This document shows positions 63,301 through 64,000 of a stretch of DNA of 64,000 bases, piece by piece (within the stretch, counting starts at the first letter, position 1; each line of letters starts with the position of its first letter). This DNA is from an uncultured Bacteroidales bacterium (GTDB taxonomy: Bacteria; Bacteroidota; Bacteroidia; Bacteroidales; Paludibacteraceae). A model generated the notes under the pieces. It ran no database searches and was not told where the DNA came from. It saw only the letters and a list, made by a program, of their open reading frames with translations. The stretch covers positions 4,630 to 68,629 of the forward strand of contig CAMJDT010000003.1 in assembly GCA_946404495.1 (NCBI GenBank). The letters run 5' to 3'. The position numbers and the translations under genes are program-made.

Positions 63301-64000
63301 GCTTTATTAAGAAGCGAGATGGCACGCACGGGTGCGTTCGTGTTCGCCGCAAAAGCTTGCACGGCGTTTGCCACCGACTGCGCGAGGTTGGTAATCAGCG
63401 CTTCGCTATACCATCCGTTGTCGTACTCGACCGCAATACTCGGCACGCCGTCCATCGGCATGATATAGAACGCGATCTTGAATTTCGGCACGTTCTGCTC
63501 CATGGTCTCGTCGGCGAAAACGGGTTTGCCAAAGACGCTATAGTTGCTCAGCACGCCCATCTGGTAAGCGAACATGATCTCCGCCTTCAAGTCATAATCC
63601 GCTGCTACGCGTGCAAACGGATAATCCTCGTGCGCGAGCGTTTGCTCGAAGGACTGCGCGTTCTCTTTAACAAACTCCTCTACCGTCTGGTTCGCTATCT
63701 TCGTAGTCAGCGCAAGGGTGTTGACGAACATTCCCATCGTGTTATTGACGCGGAGGTTGCTTCGTCCGTTGGAGATGGTAGTGATACATACATCATCCGT
63801 TCCGGCAAAACGTGCCAGCGAATAATACACCGCACTCAGCAGTACTGCCGCAGGTGTCACACCTAATTGAGCCGCGTATTTCTCCGCTGTCTGCATATCG
63901 AAAGGTACGCACACACGTCCGTTCTCGCCTTGCGGCAGGGCATTGGTGAGGTCGGGTTGGATCTCGGTGACACTCTCGATGCCGGTCAGACGCTCCGCGA
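60321..64000 (-). CDS. Non-ribosomal peptide synthetase, (C)-A-T-R organisation with terminal thioester reductase; 5' end beyond the window
   Basis: The ORF stays open to nt 64000 (manual check gives ...AERLTGIESVTEIQPDLTNALPQGENGRVCVPFD). The C-domain tail is followed by an A domain (LLYTSGSTGVPKG, NAYGPTE, YRTGDVVRY, GRQDGQVKIRGFRIELKEVE), a PCP (FFELGGTSLMVTRV) and an R domain (VLLTGATGYLGIHVLREL, YMRSK). Confidence 0.85.
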   Translation of the reverse strand, partial: AERLTGIESVTEIQPDLTNALPQGENGRVCVPFDMQTAEKYAAQLGVTPAAVLLSAVYYSLARFAGTDDVCITTISNGRSNLRVNNTMGMFVNTLALTTKIANQTVEEFVKENAQSFEQTLAHEDYPFARVAADYDLKAEIMFAYQMGVLSNYSVFGKPVFADETMEQNVPKFKIAFYIMPMDGVPSIAVEYDNGWYSEALITNLAQSVANAVQAFAANTNAPVRAISLLNKAQTAVLDSFNQTEVPYDDTRTIVSLFRKQAAETPDNLAVVYHDVRLTYKEVDERTDAIAARIIEVIGNDTKEKVVSILINRSEWMVVASLAALKAGCAYQPLDPSYPAERLNFMMKDANASLLIADTDLRPIVNEYSGPVLLTKDLSTLSDSGLSTLSDSGLINPQDLFILLYTSGSTGVPKGCQLEHRNLVAFCHWYHRYYDLHAGDKVAAYASYGFDANMMDMYPALTCGAAVYIIGEDIRLNLPDLNHYFEAEGITHSFMTTQVGYQFAQNCDNHSLKHLSVGGEKLATIAPPANYLLHNAYGPTECTIFTTTYPIHEQEKNIPIGKPLDNFRLFIVDKDLHRVPVGATGELLVSGPQVSRGYLNRPDKTAETYIDWNGLRCYRTGDVVRYLADSNIQFVGRQDGQVKIRGFRIELKEVEAVIREFPGINDATVQAFDYPNGGKFIAAYIVSDQKIDVAALNAFIRDRKPPYMVPASTMQINVIPLNQNQKVNKRALPVPQLTDTDRDYVAPANDNEKLFCDIFASILNQDKIGATDNFFELGGTSLMVTRVIIEADKAGKHVAYGDIFTHPTPRLLAQFLSGDKDEQTANDQEEASFNYTGIDAILQRNNLNTFLRGERQELGNVLLTGATGYLGIHVLRELIDSDAKTITCLVRGKDQHDAERRLRNLLFYYFDRRFDELFGSRLFVVNGDVTNDFSNQLSDISIQTVFNCAANVKHFSKTDDIEQVNIGGAERCVEFCLKTGTRLVHISTTSVGEIWVDRGDGKAVPELSERLLYFGQFLDNRYMRSKFLAERVILEAVARHGLNAKIMRVGNLAARSYDGEFQANFQTNSYMGRLKVFSTLGCCPIDEYDSPAEFSPVNETAKAVVLLASTPKECNVFQPFNNHTDLLGDILAGFEKIGKSIRYVEEDEFQQAILEASKDPKKASLMSALLAYQDMTHGQKAVTIERDNRYTSAVLLRLGFHWSAPDSAYVNRMLTAISQLGFFDV
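62818..62865 (-). repeat. Perfect 24-nt tandem duplication inside the NRPS A domain
   Basis: AGACCGCTATCGCTCAAAGTAGAA x2. It encodes LSTLSDSG-LSTLSDSG just upstream of the A3 core motif. Confidence 0.9.

Overview
The window is a 64-kb chromosomal segment from a high-G+C member of Bacteroidota, probably Bacteroidales. Supporting evidence: about 15 canonical TTTG(-33)/TAnnTTTG(-7) promoters, a fused SecDF, an lpxD-lpxC-lpxA cluster, TonB/Omp85/AsmA envelope genes and T9SS-like C-termini.

Two housekeeping blocks flank an accessory island. The blocks run 1-23.1 kb (secDF, sufB, lpxDCA, rpsT, parC, rpoD, ctp, mpl, tig, typA, 4 tRNAs) and 40.2-64 kb (cation antiporter, TamB-like/Omp85, TPP-riboswitch TonB receptor, M3 peptidase, AsmA, ileS, partial NRPS). 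The island spans about 23.1-40.2 kb, is visibly AT-richer, and has no integrase or transposase.

The island contains:
- Patchy inverted-repeat arms and iteron-like short repeats.
- Three promoter-bearing cassettes that encode pairs of a small protein and a GNAT acetyltransferase resembling toxin-antitoxin modules. One of the GNAT genes is cut off exactly at a repeat junction.
- The headline feature: a translationally coupled 971-aa KAP-like P-loop NTPase and an 865-aa divergent adenosine-deaminase-fold protein. This is the architecture of the RADAR (RdrA/RdrB) anti-phage system.
- A tightly linked 1862-aa secreted repeat protein.
- An AAA ATPase of the DUF234 type.

Genome-wide oddities also seen here:
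- Families of tandem heptamer repeats sit exactly at gene junctions and often supply the stop codon. One copy lies in-frame and antisense inside ileS.
- rpoD and rpsT have no promoter of their own and sit directly behind tRNA genes.
- lpxC lacks the usual FabZ fusion.
- One polypeptide appears to fuse TamB with an Omp85 barrel.

Coordinates of small features were derived by hand and may be off by 1-3 nt. All family assignments come from motif recognition by eye, not database searches.
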